Below, piece after piece: positions 33,465-46,378 of a stretch of 47,498 nt of DNA; the stretch's first letter is position 1, and each line of letters opens with the position of its first letter. The position numbers and the translations under genes were made by a program. This DNA comes from Nemertoderma westbladi (taxonomy: Eukaryota > Animalia > Xenacoelomorpha): the NCBI GenBank assembly GCA_032718475.1, contig JAUCBJ010002119.1, positions 1 through 47,498 of the forward strand, given 5' to 3'. The notes beneath the pieces were generated by a model. The model was not told where the DNA came from and did not search any database. It saw nothing but the letters and a program-made list of their open reading frames with translations.

Positions 33465-36400
33465 GGTGTTTATCGGCGGGATCTCGGTGCCACTCCGCAG
33501 GATCTCGGCGTTTATCGGCAGGATCTAGGTGTTTATCGGCAGGATCTAGGTGTTTATCAGCGGGATCTCGGTGTTTATCGGCAGGACCTCAGTGTTTATC
33601 AGCAGGATCTCGGTGTTTATAGGTGGGATCTCGGTGTTTATCGGTGGGATCTTGGTGTTTATCGGTGGGATCTCGGTGTTTATTGGTGGGATCTCGGTGT
33701 TTATCGGTGGGATCTTGGTGTTTATCGGTGGGATCTCGGTGTTTATCGGTGGGATCTCGGTGTTTATCGGTGGGATCTCGGTGTTTATTGGTGGGATCTC
33801 GGTGTTTATATTGGTGTTTATTGGTGCCACTCCGCGGGATCTCGATGTTTACCAGCGGGATCTCAGTGTTTACCGGCGGGATCTCAATGTTTACCAGCGG
33901 GATCTCAGTGTTTACCGGCGGAATCTTGGTGCCACTCCGCAGGATCTCAGAGTTTATCGGCGGGATCTCGGTGTTTATCCGTGGGATATCGGTGTTTATC
34001 GGCAGGATCTCAGTGTTTACTGGCGGGATCTCAATGTTTACCAGCGGGATCTCAGTGTTTACCGGCGGGATCTTGGTGCCACTCCGCAGGATCTCAGAGT
34101 TTATCGGCGGGATCTCGGTGTTTATCGGTGGGATCTCGGTGTTTATCAGCGGGATCTTGGTGTTTATCGGCGGGATCTCGGTGCCACTCCGTGGGATATC
34201 GGTGTTTATCGGCAGGATCTCTGTGTTTATTGGCGGGATCTCGGTGTTTATCGGCGGGATCACGGTGCCACTCCTCGGGATCTCGGTGTTTATCGGTGGG
34301 ATCTTGGTGTTAAACGGCGGAATCTCGGTGTTTATCAGTGGGATCTTGGTGTTTATCGGCAGGATCTCGGTGTTTATCGGCGGGATCTCTATGCCACTCC
34401 GTGGGCTCTCGGTGTTTATCGGTGGGATCTTGGTGTTTATCGGTGGGATCTCGGTGTTTATCAGTGGGATCTCGGTGTTTATCGGCAGGATCTCAGTGCC
34501 ACTCCGTGGGCTCTCGGTGTTTATCGGTGGGATCTTGGTGTTTATCGGTGGGATCTCGGTGTTTATCGGTGGGATCTCGGTGTTTATCGGTGGGATCTTG
34601 GTGCCACTCTGCAGGATCTCAGTGTTTATCGGCAGGATCTCTATGCCACTCCGTGGGCTCTCGGTGTTTATCGGTGGGATCTTGGTGTTTATCGGTGGGA
34701 TCTCGGTGTTTATCGGTGGGATCTTGAAGTTTATCGGCGGGATCTCTATGCCACTCCGTGGGCTCTCGGTGTTTATCGGTGGGATCTCGGTGTTTATCGG
34801 CAGGATCTCAGTGCCACTCCGTGGAATCACGGTGTTTATCGGTGGGATCTTGGTGTTTATCGGTGGGATCTCGGTGTTTATCGGTGGGATCTCGGTGTTT
34901 ATCGGTGGGATCTTGGTGCCACTCTGCAGGATCTCAGTGTTTATCGGCAGGATCTCAGTGCCACTCCGTGGGATCTCGGTGTTTATCGGTGGGATCTTGG
35001 TGTTCATCAGTGGGATCTCGGTGTTTATCGGTGGGATCTCGGTGTTTATCGGTGGGATCTTGGTGCCACTCTGCAGGATCTCAGTGTTTATCGGCAGGAT
35101 CTCAGTGCCACTCCGTGGGATCTCGGTGTTTATCGGTGGGATCTTGGTGTTTATCGGTGGGATCTCGGTGTTTATCGGTGGGAACTCGGTGTTTATCGGT
35201 GGGATCTTGGTGCCACTCTGCAGGATCTCAGTGTTTATCGGCAGGATCTCAGTGCCACTCCGTGGGATCTCGGTGTTTATCGGTGGGATCTTGGTGTTCA
35301 TCAGTGGGATCTCGATGTTTATCGGCGGGATCTCGGTGTTTATCAGCGGGATCTCGGTGTTTATCGGCGGGATCTCGGTGCCACTCCATGGGATTTCGGT
35401 GTTTATCCGCAGGATCTTGGTGTTTATCAGCAGGATCTTGGTGTTTATCGGCAGGATCTCTGTGTTTATTGGCGGAATCTCGGTGTTTATTGGCGGGATC
35501 TCAGTGTTTATCAATGGGATCTAGGTGTTTATCGGCGGGATCTCGGTGACCCTCCGCGGGATCTCGGTGTTTATCGGTGGGATCTCGGTGTTTATTGGCG
35601 GGATCTCAGTGTTTATCAATGGGATCTAGGTGTTTATCGGCGGGATCTCGGTGCCCCTCCGTGGGATCTCGGTGTTTATCGGCAGGATCTCGGTGTTTAT
35701 CAGCGGGATCTCGGTGTTTATTGGTGGGATCTCAGTGTTTATCAGCAGGATCGCCTTGTCACTCTGCAGGATCCCGATGTTTATCGGCGGGATCTCAGTG
35801 CCACTCCGTGGGCTCTCGGTGGTTATCGGTGGGATCTTGGTGTTTATCGGTGGGATCTCTGTGTTTATTGGCAGGATCTCGGTGTTTATCAGCAGGAACT
35901 CAGTGCCACTCCGTGGGCTCTCGGTGGTTATCGGTGGGATCTTGGTGTTTATCGGTGGGATCTCTGTGTTTATCGGTGGGATCTCGGTGTTTATCGGCGG
36001 GATCTCGGTGCCACTCTGCAGGATCTCAGTGTTTATCGGCAGGATCTCAGTGCCACTCCGTGGGATCTCGGTGTTTATCGGTGGGATCTTGGTGTTCATC
36101 GGTGTGATCTCGGTGTTTATTGGTGGGATCTCGGTGTTTATCAGCAGGATCTCGGTGTTCATCAGCAAGATCTTGGTGTTTACCGGCAGGATCTCGGTGT
36201 TTACCGGCGGGATCTTGGTGCCACTCCGCGGTATCTCGGTGTTTATATTGGTGTTTATTGGTGCCACTCCACGGTATCTCGATGTTTACCAGCAGGATCT
36301 CGATGTTTACCGACGGGGTCTCGGTGTTTACCAGCAGGATCTCAGTGCCACTCTGCGGGATCTCAGTGTTTATCGGTGGGATCTCGGTGTTTATCGGTGG

Positions 36401-39400
36401 GATCTCGGTGTTTATCAGCGGGATCTCTGTGTTTATTGGCGGGATCTCAGTGTTTATTGGCGGGATCTCGGTGCCACTCTGCGGGATCTATGTGTTTATT
36501 GGCAGGATCTCGGTGTTTATTGGCGGGATCTCAGTGTTTATCAATGGGATCTAGGTATTTATCGGCAGGATCTCGGTGCCACTCCGTGGGATCTCGGTGT
36601 TTATCTGCAGGATCTCGGTGTTTATCAGCGGGATCTCGGTGTTTATCAGCGGGATCTCGGTGTTTATCAGCGGGATCTCGGTGTTTATTGGCAGGATCTC
36701 GGAGTTTATCGCCGGGATCTCGGTGCCACTCCGCAGGATCTCAGTGTTTATTGGCAGGATCTTGGTGTTTATTGGCGGGATCTCGGTGTTTATCGGCGGG
36801 ATCTCGGTGCCATTCCGCGGGATCTCGGTGTTTATCGGCGGGATCTCAGTGTTTATTGGCGGAATCTCAGTGCCACTCCGCGGGATCATGGTGTTTATTG
36901 GCAAGATCTCGGTATTTATCAGTGGGATCTCGGTGTTCATCAGCGAGATCTCGGTGTTTATTGGCGGGATCTCAGTGTTTATTGGCGTGATCTCGGTGTT
37001 TATCAGCGGGATCTTGGTGTTTATCGGTGGGATCTCGGTGTTTATCGGCGGGATCTCGGTGCCACTCCGCTCGATCTCGGTGTTTATCGGTGGGATCTCA
37101 GTGTTTATTGGCGGGATCTCGGTGCCACTCCGTGGGATCATGGTGTTTATCAGCGGGATCTCGGTGTTTATCAGCGGGATCTCAGTGTTTATCAGCGGGA
37201 TCCCGGTGTTTATCAGTGGAATCTCGGTGTTTATCGGTGGGATCTCGGTGTTTATCAGTGGAATCTCAGTGTTTATTGGCGGGATCTCGGTGCTACTCCG
37301 CGGGATTATGGTGTTTATCAGCGGGATCTCGGTGTTTATCGGCGGGATCTCGGTGTTTATCGGCGGGATCTCGGTGTTTATCAGCGGGATCTCGGTGTTT
37401 ATCAGCGGGATCTCGGTGTTTATATTGGAGGGATCTCAGTGTTTATCGGCGGGATCTCGGTGCCACTCCGCAGGATCTCGGTGTTTATCGGCGGGATGTC
37501 AGTGTTTATCGGCGGGATCTCGGTGCCACTCCGCAGGATCATGGTGTTTATTGGCAAGATCTCAGTATTTATCAGTGGGATCTCGGTGTTCATCAGCGGG
37601 ATCTCGGTGTTTATTGGCGGGATCTCAGTGTTTATTGGCGGGATCTCGGTGTTTATCAGAGGGATCTTGGTGTTTATCGGTGGGATCTCGGTGTTTATAG
37701 GCGGGATCTCGGTGCCACTCCGCTGGATCTCGGTGTTTATCGGTGGGATCTCAGTGTTTATTGGCGGGATCTCGGTGCCACTCCACGGGATCATGGTGTT
37801 TATCAGCGGGATCTCGGTGTTTATCAGCAGGATCTCAGTGTTTATCAGCGGGATCTCGGTGTTTATCAGCGGAATCTTGGTGTTTATCGGTGGGATCTCG
37901 GTGTTTATCAGTGGAATCTCAGTGTTTATTGGCGGGATCTCGGTGCCACTCAGCGGGATCTCGGTGTTTATCGGTGGGATCTCGGTGTTTATCAGTGGGA
38001 TCTCGGTGTTCATCAGCGGGATCTCGGTGTTTATTGGCGGGATCTCAGTGTTTATTGGCGGGATCTCGGTGTTTATCAGCGGGATCTTGGTGTTTATCAG
38101 TGGGATCTCGGTGTTTATCAGCGGGATCTCAGTGTTTATCAGCGGGATCTTGGTGTTTATCGGTGGGATCTCTGTGTTTATTGGCAGGATCTCGGTGTTT
38201 ATCAGCAGGAACTCAGTGCCACTCCGTGGGCTCTCGGTGGTTATCGGTGGGATCTTGGTGTTTATCAGTGGGATCTCTGTGTTTATCGGTGGGATCTCGG
38301 TGTTTATCGGCGGGATCTCGGTGCCACTCTGCAGGATCTCAGTGTTTATCGGCAGGATCTCAGTGCCACTCCGTGGGATCTCGGTGTTTATCGGTGGGAT
38401 CTTGGTGTTCATCGGTGTGATCTCGGTGTTTATCGGTGGGATCTCGGTGTTTATCAGCAGGATCTCGGTGTTCATCAGCAAGATCTTGGTGTTTACCGGC
38501 AGGATCTCGGTGTTTACTGGCGGGATCTTGGTGCCACTCCGCGGTATCTCGGTGTTTATATTGGTGTTTATTGGTGCCACTCCACGGTATCTCGATGTTT
38601 ACCAGCAGGATCTCGATGTTTACCGACGGGATCTTGGTGCCACTCTGTGGGATCTCAGTGTTTATCGGTGGGATCTCGGTGTTTATCGGTGGGATCTCGG
38701 TGTTTATCAGCGGGATCTCTGTGTTTATTGGCGGGATCTCAGTGTTTATTGGCGGGATCTCGGTGCCACTCTGCGGGATCTATGTGTTTATTGGCAGGAT
38801 CTCGGTGTTTATTGGCGGGATCTCAGTGTTTATCAATGGGATCTAGGTATTTATCGGCAGGATCTCGGTGCCACTCCGTGGGATCTCGGTGTTTATCTGC
38901 AGGATCTCGGTGTTTATCAGCGGGATCTCGGTGTTTATCAGCGGGATCTCGGTGTTTATCAGCGGGATCTCGGTGTTTATTGGCAGGATCTCGGAGTTTA
39001 TCGCTGGGATCTCGGTGTTTATTGGCGGGATCTCAGTGTTTATTGGCGGGATCTCGGTGTTTATCAGCGGGATCTTGGTGTTTATCGGTGGGATCTCGGT
39101 GTTTATCGGCGGGATCTCGGTGCCACTCCGCTCGATCTCGGTGTTTATCGGTGGGATCTCAGTGTCTATTGGCAGGATCTCGGTGCCACTCCATGGGATC
39201 ATGGTGTTTATCAGCGGGATCTCAGTGTTTATCAGCGGGATCTCGGTGTTTATCAGTGGAATCTCAGTGTTTATTGGCAGGATCTCGGTGCCACTCCGCG
39301 GGATCTCGGTGTTCATCAGTGGAATCTCGGTGTTTATCGGCGGGATCTCGGTGCCACTCCGCAGGATCTCGGTGTTTATCAGCGGGATCTTGGTGTTTAT

Positions 39401-39722
39401 TGGCGGGATCTCGGTGTTTATCAGTGGGATCTCGGTGTTTATTGGCGGGATCTCGGTGTTTATCGGCGGGATCTCAGTGTTTATCGGCGGGATCTCGGTG
39501 CCACTCCGCGGGATCTCGGTGTTTATCGGCGGGATCTCAGTGTTTATCGGCGGGATCTCGGTGCCACTCCGCGGGATCTCGGTGTTTATCAGTGGGATCT
39601 CGGTGTTTATCAATGGGATCTCGGTGTTTATCGACGGGATCTCTGTGTTTATCGGCTGTAACTCGGTTTTAATACATGGGATTGGGATATCGGTGCCAAT
39701 CCGCTGGATCTCGGTGTTTATC
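33465..39722 (+). repeat. 21-bp satellite with two monomer types (~295 units)
   Basis: Type A GGATCTCGGTGTTTATCGGYG is interspersed with type B GGATCTCGGTGCCACTCCGYG. Confidence 0.97.
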
Positions 39723-40055
39723 CGTTCCCCATCTTTGAAGTCTGTCTTTAAACCCAGGTTGCTGTTGTTGGTCCTCATTGCTTTATTCTCGTCATATGAT
39801 ATACTCCTCTACCTCTCGTACCTGCGCAATACCTGCTCGGCATGGATAAATAGCTCACTGCGAGTTCCCATTATTGAGGCATCATATCCAGCCAACATTT
39901 TTAAGGCGTACAGTGGTCGTTTTTCTAATCTCGATCAAGACCTCCACAAACGCAGTCACGGCAAGCATAGGCAATATAATATAATAATAGTTCAAGTATA
40001 AATTAGTATGAATAAAACAAAATAACCCTCATCTTACATGGGCTGTCCTTTTTGA

Positions 40056-41041
40056 ACGAAGAGTGCCATAGAGGTCGGGTGAATGTGAACGATGTGCGCC
40101 ATAGAGGTCAAGGTGAATGTGAATGATGTGCGCCATAGAGGTCGGGTGAATGTGAACGATGAGCGCCATAGAGGTAGGGGTGAATGTGAACGATGAGCGC
40201 TATAGAGGTCGGGTGAATGTGAACGATGTGCGCCATAGAGGTCAAGGTGAATGAGAATGATGTGCGCCATAGAGGTCCTCATCATGTGAATGATGAGCGC
40301 CATAGAGGTCGGGGTGAATGTGAACGATGTGCGCCATAGAGGTCGGGTGAATGTGAACGATGTGCGCCATAGAGGTAGGGGTGAATGTGAACGATGAGCG
40401 CCATAGAGGTCGGGGTGAATGTGAACGATGTGCGCCATAGAGGTAGGGGTGAATGTGAACGATGAGCGCCATAGAGGTCGGGTGAATGTGAACGATGAGC
40501 GCCATAGAGGTCGGGGTGAAAGTGAACGATGAGCGCCATAGAGGTCGGGGTGAATGTGAATGATGAGCGCCATAGAGGTCGGGGTGAAAGTGAACGATGA
40601 GCGCCATAGAGGTCGAGGTGAATGTGAACGATGTGCGCCATAGAGGTCGGGGTGAATGTGAATGATGAGCGCCATAGAGGTCGGGGTGAAAGTGAACGAT
40701 GAGCGCCATAGAGGTCGGGTGAATGTGAACGATGAGCGCCATAGAGGTCGAGGTGAATGTGAACGATGAGCGCCATAGAGGTCGGGGTGAAAGTGAACGA
40801 TGAGCGCCATAGAGGTCGGGTGAATGTGAACGATTAGCGCCATAGAGGTCGGGCTGAAAGTGAACGATGAGCGCCATAGAGGTCGAGGTGAATGTGAACG
40901 ATGTGCGCCATAGAGGTCGGGGTGAATGTGAATGATGAGCGCCATAGAGGCCGTGTGGGGTGAATGTGAACGATGAGCGCTATAGAGGTCGGGGTGAAAG
41001 TGAACGATGAGCGCCATAGAGGTTGGGTGAATGTGAACGAT
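40056..41041 (+). repeat. 33/34-bp minisatellite (~29 copies)
   Basis: Consensus GCGCCATAGAGGTCGGG(G)TGAATGTGAACGATGA. Confidence 0.96.
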
Positions 41042-41230
41042 CTGATCTGATCAGAATGGATTGGGTTGGGTTTGATTGCAATACATTTTAACGGTTATTG
41101 TCAGGTGGGATTAAGTTGGATCAGATCAGATTACATCAAATTGGATTGGATCTAGTTCTGATCAGGAAAGATCTGACCGGATTAGACCAGGTATCAGTCC
41201 TGATCAGATTGGATTGGATCGGATCTGAAG
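41041..41230 (+). repeat. Degenerate GATCA/GATTG low-complexity repeat
   Basis: Repeated TCAGA/TTGGA pentamers. A similar tract occurs in reverse orientation at ~12670-12745. Confidence 0.5.
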
Positions 41231-41451
41231 GCAGGATCAAATTGTTATATTAATGATTTTCAGAAGCATTTAATCTTTTAAGCCAATCAACCATTGTGTC
41301 GCATGTTGTTCAGTTTTGGAAGACGCAATGACTGCAGACAGCTAATTACTGATGGCATCCATCACTTATTCGTTCACCAGCTTTAAATACGGTTGTAGCT
41401 AGGAATATATTTAAAGCGTAATAATAATGTACTAATTCAATTAATACTTGC

Positions 41452-41591
41452 CTAAAAAACTTTTTATTTTCTCCATCGAATAGTTCGTTCAAATTAATAG
41501 GTGCTGTTAGAGGTACTTCATCGCCGCTGTTGACCACGTGTGAGGCCATTTCGAGAAGGGGGATTAACGCACTGGTTGTAAAGGATGATTC
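41452..41591 (-). CDS. Alpha-carbonic anhydrase, coding exon 3
   Basis: Acceptor TTTTGACTTTAG|GAA (phase 0); encodes ESSFTTSALIPLLEMASHVVNSGDEVPLTAPINLNELFDGENKKFF(R); donor AG|GCAAGT (phase 2). Length and phases fill the gap between exons 2 and 4 exactly. Confidence 0.85.
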
Positions 41592-41929
41592 CTAAAGTCA
41601 AAATCAACAATTATGTGAAATATTATTGACGTTGGAGATTCGGATTATTAGCCACACTGTCCCCTCTTTTAGTAGGAAACATCACATATTTGATATCAGC
41701 AATTATCTAAGACAACAATAATTATTTTATACGGACATGTAATCATTAATATTATCTATTTACTATAGAGCGAGGTATTTTCAAGAATAAAATAAGCTTT
41801 ACATGTAATTTAAAAAATGTATGGAAAATATTTGATTAAAATCGCTCACTCCTAATTCTAGGCCTAAGTCTCGTGCAATAAAAGCCATTTTATTTCCATG
41901 TATTAATAATTTGATTTAAATCATACCGG

Positions 41930-43555
41930 TGGGGAGGAAGTCGAGTAAGAAGACAAGGTGGAAAGGAAGAGGATGTGGGAAGATTAGACCAGGGGCAGAG
42001 AAGCCCATGATAAAACGTGACAAAGGAGGCAGGAAAGTGCGAGAGGGCGTGTTCTACACGCATAAGGGGGTGGCAGAGTGCGGAGGGGCATTAAATGGTT
42101 AGCCATTACGTGTACCGAAGGATGACCGGGGATAATTAGGGGCTTTAATGCCATCGCACATATTACGGGGTAGGCTAGCAAAGATGGCGTGTACCATTAA
42201 GGATGACATGAGGGGCGGCATTCTACCGCCAAACGACGACAAGATGAAGGGGGGCACTTTGCCGCCAGGGGACGACCACGAAGAGATTAGCAAAATGAAT
42301 GAAAGACCCGACTTAAGGGTGAAGGAGAAGGGAAGGTCAATTCCAAAAGAGTTGGAATTGAGAAGAAGAGTGGGGCGAAGATTAAGATGACCTGTAGGGG
42401 GGCAGTGGGATAATTGCCTGCTGGAAGAATCGACCTTAGGTTGTTGAGTCGTCCAATATGTAATATGTTGGACTGAGGGGGGTGGGATTGAGGGCGAGAG
42501 GCCCTTCTCACACATAAAATAAAATATAAATAATAAAAATAATAAAATAAGAAGTGAGATAGTAGAAAGTTAGAAAGTAATAGTAGTAGATAGTTAGATA
42601 GTAAGTAGTAGTAGATAGTTAGATAGTAGGTATCACTAGTTAGAAGTTAGTAAGAGTTAGTAAGAAGTTAGAATTTATGGAGTAAAGGGTATATAGACAT
42701 ACCATAGAAGTAGTAGTAGAGGGGTTGTGGGCACCGAATGCGCCCCTTAGTAAGAGAGTAAAGGGTATGGTATGTAGGTATACCATAGTAGCAGTATTAG
42801 GGTACATAGTACCACAGAAGTTAGAAGTTGTGGGCACCGAGAGCGCCACGTATTAAGTAAGTAATGGGTATGTAGGTATAGCATAGTAGTAGTAGGGCAC
42901 ATAGTAAGAAGCAAGTAGGAAGGTAGATAGGATAATAGCACAGACAGGGGGAACATAGATAAAATTAAAATAAGACTAAGGAAAATTGGCACTTTGGGGT
43001 GGTAGAGAACAGGACATTGTGGAGAAGTGGGGATGGGCCAGCTCATGGGTTTATCTGTCACAAGCCGATGGACTGGGGCAAGTTCCAAGAGGAGTACCGA
43101 GCGGAACTGGCGAACTCACTGAAATATGGAGCGAGGCCAGGGAAACAGGAGATATATCAGATCCGAAGGGGAGCGATAAAGATATATCAGAAGAGATATA
43201 TCTTACAGGAGGATTTGAAAATGATAGGTTTATTATACCTATTCAAGGCCGTGGTTATCGGAAGAGAGCCGACGGCGTTTCTGCTATCAGGAACACCTCT
43301 AAATCACAGGAGAGCCTTTAAGGTGACCTTTGAGGGTCTTGTAGACCACCCGGGCCGAAGGGCGAGTCGGTACACTACGGTAGCCGACACCTCGTGGACA
43401 GAGAGGTGGACACACCGTACAAGGGGTGGAAGAAGTTGGTAGCATATTGGAGGGCCTATGGGGATTCCCCCCAGGGGAGTTGGCGAGGATACCAAAGGGA
43501 CGCCAACCATCGATTAAGTAATATAAGTACTACCAATATAAGTACTATAGTCATA
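41930..43555 (+). other. Purine-rich region adjoining LTR-like copy 3; probable internal sequence of the same element
   Basis: Strong G/A strand bias, degenerate AGT-rich repeats at 42560-42930, and the GTACTATAGTCA junction shared with copy 2. No recognisable protein. Confidence 0.35.
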
Positions 43556-44760
43556 TATAACCTTTTCCAATTAACTACTGGGAATGGGGACCAATTGACT
43601 ATGACAGAAGGACGAGACACTAGACGAATCACGCTTATTGAGTGCGACGGCACAAAAGGGAAGGGTAAGGCTCGTCAGGGGTAGGTGGAGACATTAGATG
43701 GATCCCATTTCTCAAGTGTGGCCACACTAATGAGAATGTGGGAGCTTTACAGGAGGGTACGGAGGATAAAACATAATGGGTTGAGTATGAGGGAAGTATG
43801 GAGAGGAGGTGTTGGTGCGTGAGGAAGTGAGAGAAGTGCAATTCCAGTAGTGTGGGGAGCGAGCAGTAAGAGAGAGAGTAAGGGTCAGCGAGGTCCGCAA
43901 GAAAGAGAGTACGGGACGGAGAGGTCCGAGAGTAAGATCAGAGAGAGGATTTAGAAAACTGTGCGAAGAGAGTCCACAATTGTCTCAAACAGAGACGCCA
44001 GATACCTTGGTGCAACATAGCTCGCGATTGTACCAAGGAGGGGTAGCAATAACATACCCAAGGGGGGGCAGCCTGGAAAGCCGACCCCGAGAAAAGAACT
44101 CCACCCCACACCCGATATTAGATTGGGTTCCAACGGAATTGAAGCGCACTTAAGGTTAATGCTATCTTCTTACCGGGAAGATAGCATGGGGGGGAGTGTA
44201 AGCGGATTCAATTCCACTTCATTACCCACCAGAAAATTGGACCAGTGGCATTTAGCAGTATGTTGGAGATACGAGATTACCAATATTGATCTCGTCTCAT
44301 AACCAACATTGGGGGGGGGGGGGGGGCGACGCAAGCCCCAAAGCCACAGAGAGAGGTGAGAGGTCAAACCAGCTCGGAGGGAATACAGCTAGTAGAGGCT
44401 AGCAGAGGGGGGAAACACTCATAGGGAGTGCCAACGTGACAATTAGTATATTAGCCAATAGTGGGGAGGAAAGCACGTGAATAGGAACAGGAAAGCATCC
44501 ATTGGGTAGAGGGCCAAAGTACAGTAGGAGGTAAAACCAATATTCAATGTGTTTTAACCATATATTATCTTACATTACTGATTTACCGGTCAGTTGAGTT
44601 ATTCAGTCAGTGCAGACCGGTCATAGTAAATGACTGCCACCGCCATAACGGTAACAATTAACCTTTATTTTCTGCTATATTCATATTCAATTACCGACGT
44701 GCTATTATCGCCTATGTAAATCAATACTGAGAAACAACACAAATCTAAATAAACGGCCAT
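43556..44760 (+). mobile_element. LTR-like module, copy 3 (right end lost)
   Basis: Starts TATAACCTTTTCCAATTAACTACTGGGA; hairpin core at 44110-44215, CCAAT block at ~44455 and TCAGTT at ~44590. The terminal GGATCCCGTCACA is missing. Confidence 0.6.
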
Positions 44761-45309
44761 AGTAAGTGATTTAATACGAAATAATAATTTATTCTGTAAA
44801 TAAAATCCCCCAGTCCCCCATAAACCCAAAACAACCTAACAAAATATGGCCTTTCCAATACAATACATTTTTTATATAATATAATAATACACCCATCCAC
44901 CCACCCCCAATGGTAGGCAAATGCCATAAGGGTTGTAGACACAATTTTCTACATTACATGCGCTGTGCTGGAAATAGAACAGGGGGGGGGGGGGGGGGGC
45001 ATGTCGTAAAGCGACATGATGAAGGCCGCGAGGTATTAGTGGACCTACAGTATTCGAATCCATGGTGGGACGCTTTCAGGTCAAATGGAAGCAAGTGACC
45101 TTGATCCGGGGCTGTTTGTTAGACAATGCAAGAATCAAAGTCATTAGCGATCATCCCTGTTGGGTTCCAGTGGGTGTTTTGGGGTTCTCTTGTGTTCGTT
45201 GGGCTTCTATTGGGTTCTTTTGAGAGGTTCTTTGGGATCTTTTGGTTTTTTGGGGTTATTTTGGGAGTTTAGTAGGACCGCTTTCTAACTTGTTGCTGGC
45301 ACTGCTAAC

Positions 45310-45546
45310 CTCAAGGAAGAATCCAATTACAGCCAAGCCATCGCTCATGTTGAGAGCCTCGCTAACGTCAACTCCAACCATTTTGGTAACAATATGCATC
45401 TCTCCCTTATATCTATGTCCATCGATTGCGTGCTCCGAACCATCTTCGTTCAACTTACCCCAGTGGAAGTGAATGTTTATTAACTCGTAGTTATTTGGGA
45501 GACTACCACCGAATATATTGTAGTTATTTGTTGATGGAAAGTTTAA
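45310..45546 (-). CDS. Alpha-carbonic anhydrase, coding exon 2 (zinc ligands)
   Basis: IHFHWG...GSEH...GEMHIV...DGLAVIGFFLE. Acceptor TTTTCAG| and donor GAG|GTTAGC, both phase 0. Confidence 0.93.
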
Positions 45547-45716
45547 CTGAAAATAATGTGCAACAATCAATTATATTTTTTTTGTTATATTATTACCACG
45601 TTAAAATGATCATTCACAATAGTATTACTTACATAATTATTACATTGTAACACTACAGTATAGTATCTCTAACCTTCGGTTATATCCCTTCTTTTTGAGG
45701 TATTTTAGTGACTCAC

Positions 45717-45914
45717 CACCATGGTATGTCCATTGTTTTTAACATTAAGACCAGAGTCCGGCCATACTGTAGGCAAAGAGAAGGGGCTCATGTAATAACA
45801 GAAAGGGTCTACATCAAAATAACCAATGTCAATGGGCGATTGTCTAAGCCCGGAAGGATAAACACTGCGTACTTGATATACAACAAGCAAAGATAAAATA
45901 AAGCTAATCCCCAT
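45717..45914 (-). CDS. Alpha-carbonic anhydrase, coding exon 1 (signal peptide, QSPIDI, NNGHT)
   Basis: ACAATGG start, hydrophobic MGISFILSLLVV, GLRQSPIDI and NNGHT; donor GTG|GTGAGT. The four exons total 780 nt, giving 259 aa plus stop. Confidence 0.92.
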
Positions 45915-46260
45915 TGTGCTTCAACTAATTGTTATTCAAAGCAAACTGCAAAATAATATAACTTAGTTAGCGATTAGAAGTTACAGCAGTAGTAGCATTC
46001 ATTATAGGGCTGGTGCGCGAAAAAATAGTTGGGCTTGAAACAGTTGAAATTTGGGTAATAGGGTCCCCTGAAACGAGGATTTTTTTTAACACGAGGAAAT
46101 GTTTTCACTCGCTTCCTCGAACATTTTAACAAAACAGACCCCGCCACTCGATTCATCACCTTGTTACCCCTTATTAACCTATTTCCAGCCCAACAATTGT
46201 CTCGTTCATCAACCCATTGACATCGACAACCCGCTTTCCTTTTTGTTACCCTATAGTTTA

Positions 46261-46378
46261 GGACAATTAGGACCCGGACAATTGGAATCCGGACAATTAG
46301 GGCACGGGTAATGCGGACCCATATTTTAAAATCATATTTTTGTATGGGTCCGAAATATCCGGGTCGCGTATTCCCAAT
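46261..46378. mobile_element. Small foldback/MITE-like relic
   Basis: Three 15-bp GGACAATTRG.. repeats on the left and an inverted pair CGGACCCAT/ATGGGTCCG. Confidence 0.4.

Noticed and set aside
33434-41017. Many long ORFs (GISVFIG, DLGVYRW, INTEIPP, MALIVH repeats)
   Set aside because: They are by-products of stop-poor satellite units: several frames are open, frames switch at indels, and they lie inside the carbonic anhydrase intron.
41346-41549. Stand-alone 67-aa ORF, or use of the GT donor at CAA|GTATTA
   Set aside because: The region is carbonic anhydrase exon 3 read on into the intron, and the GT site would put exon 4 out of frame.
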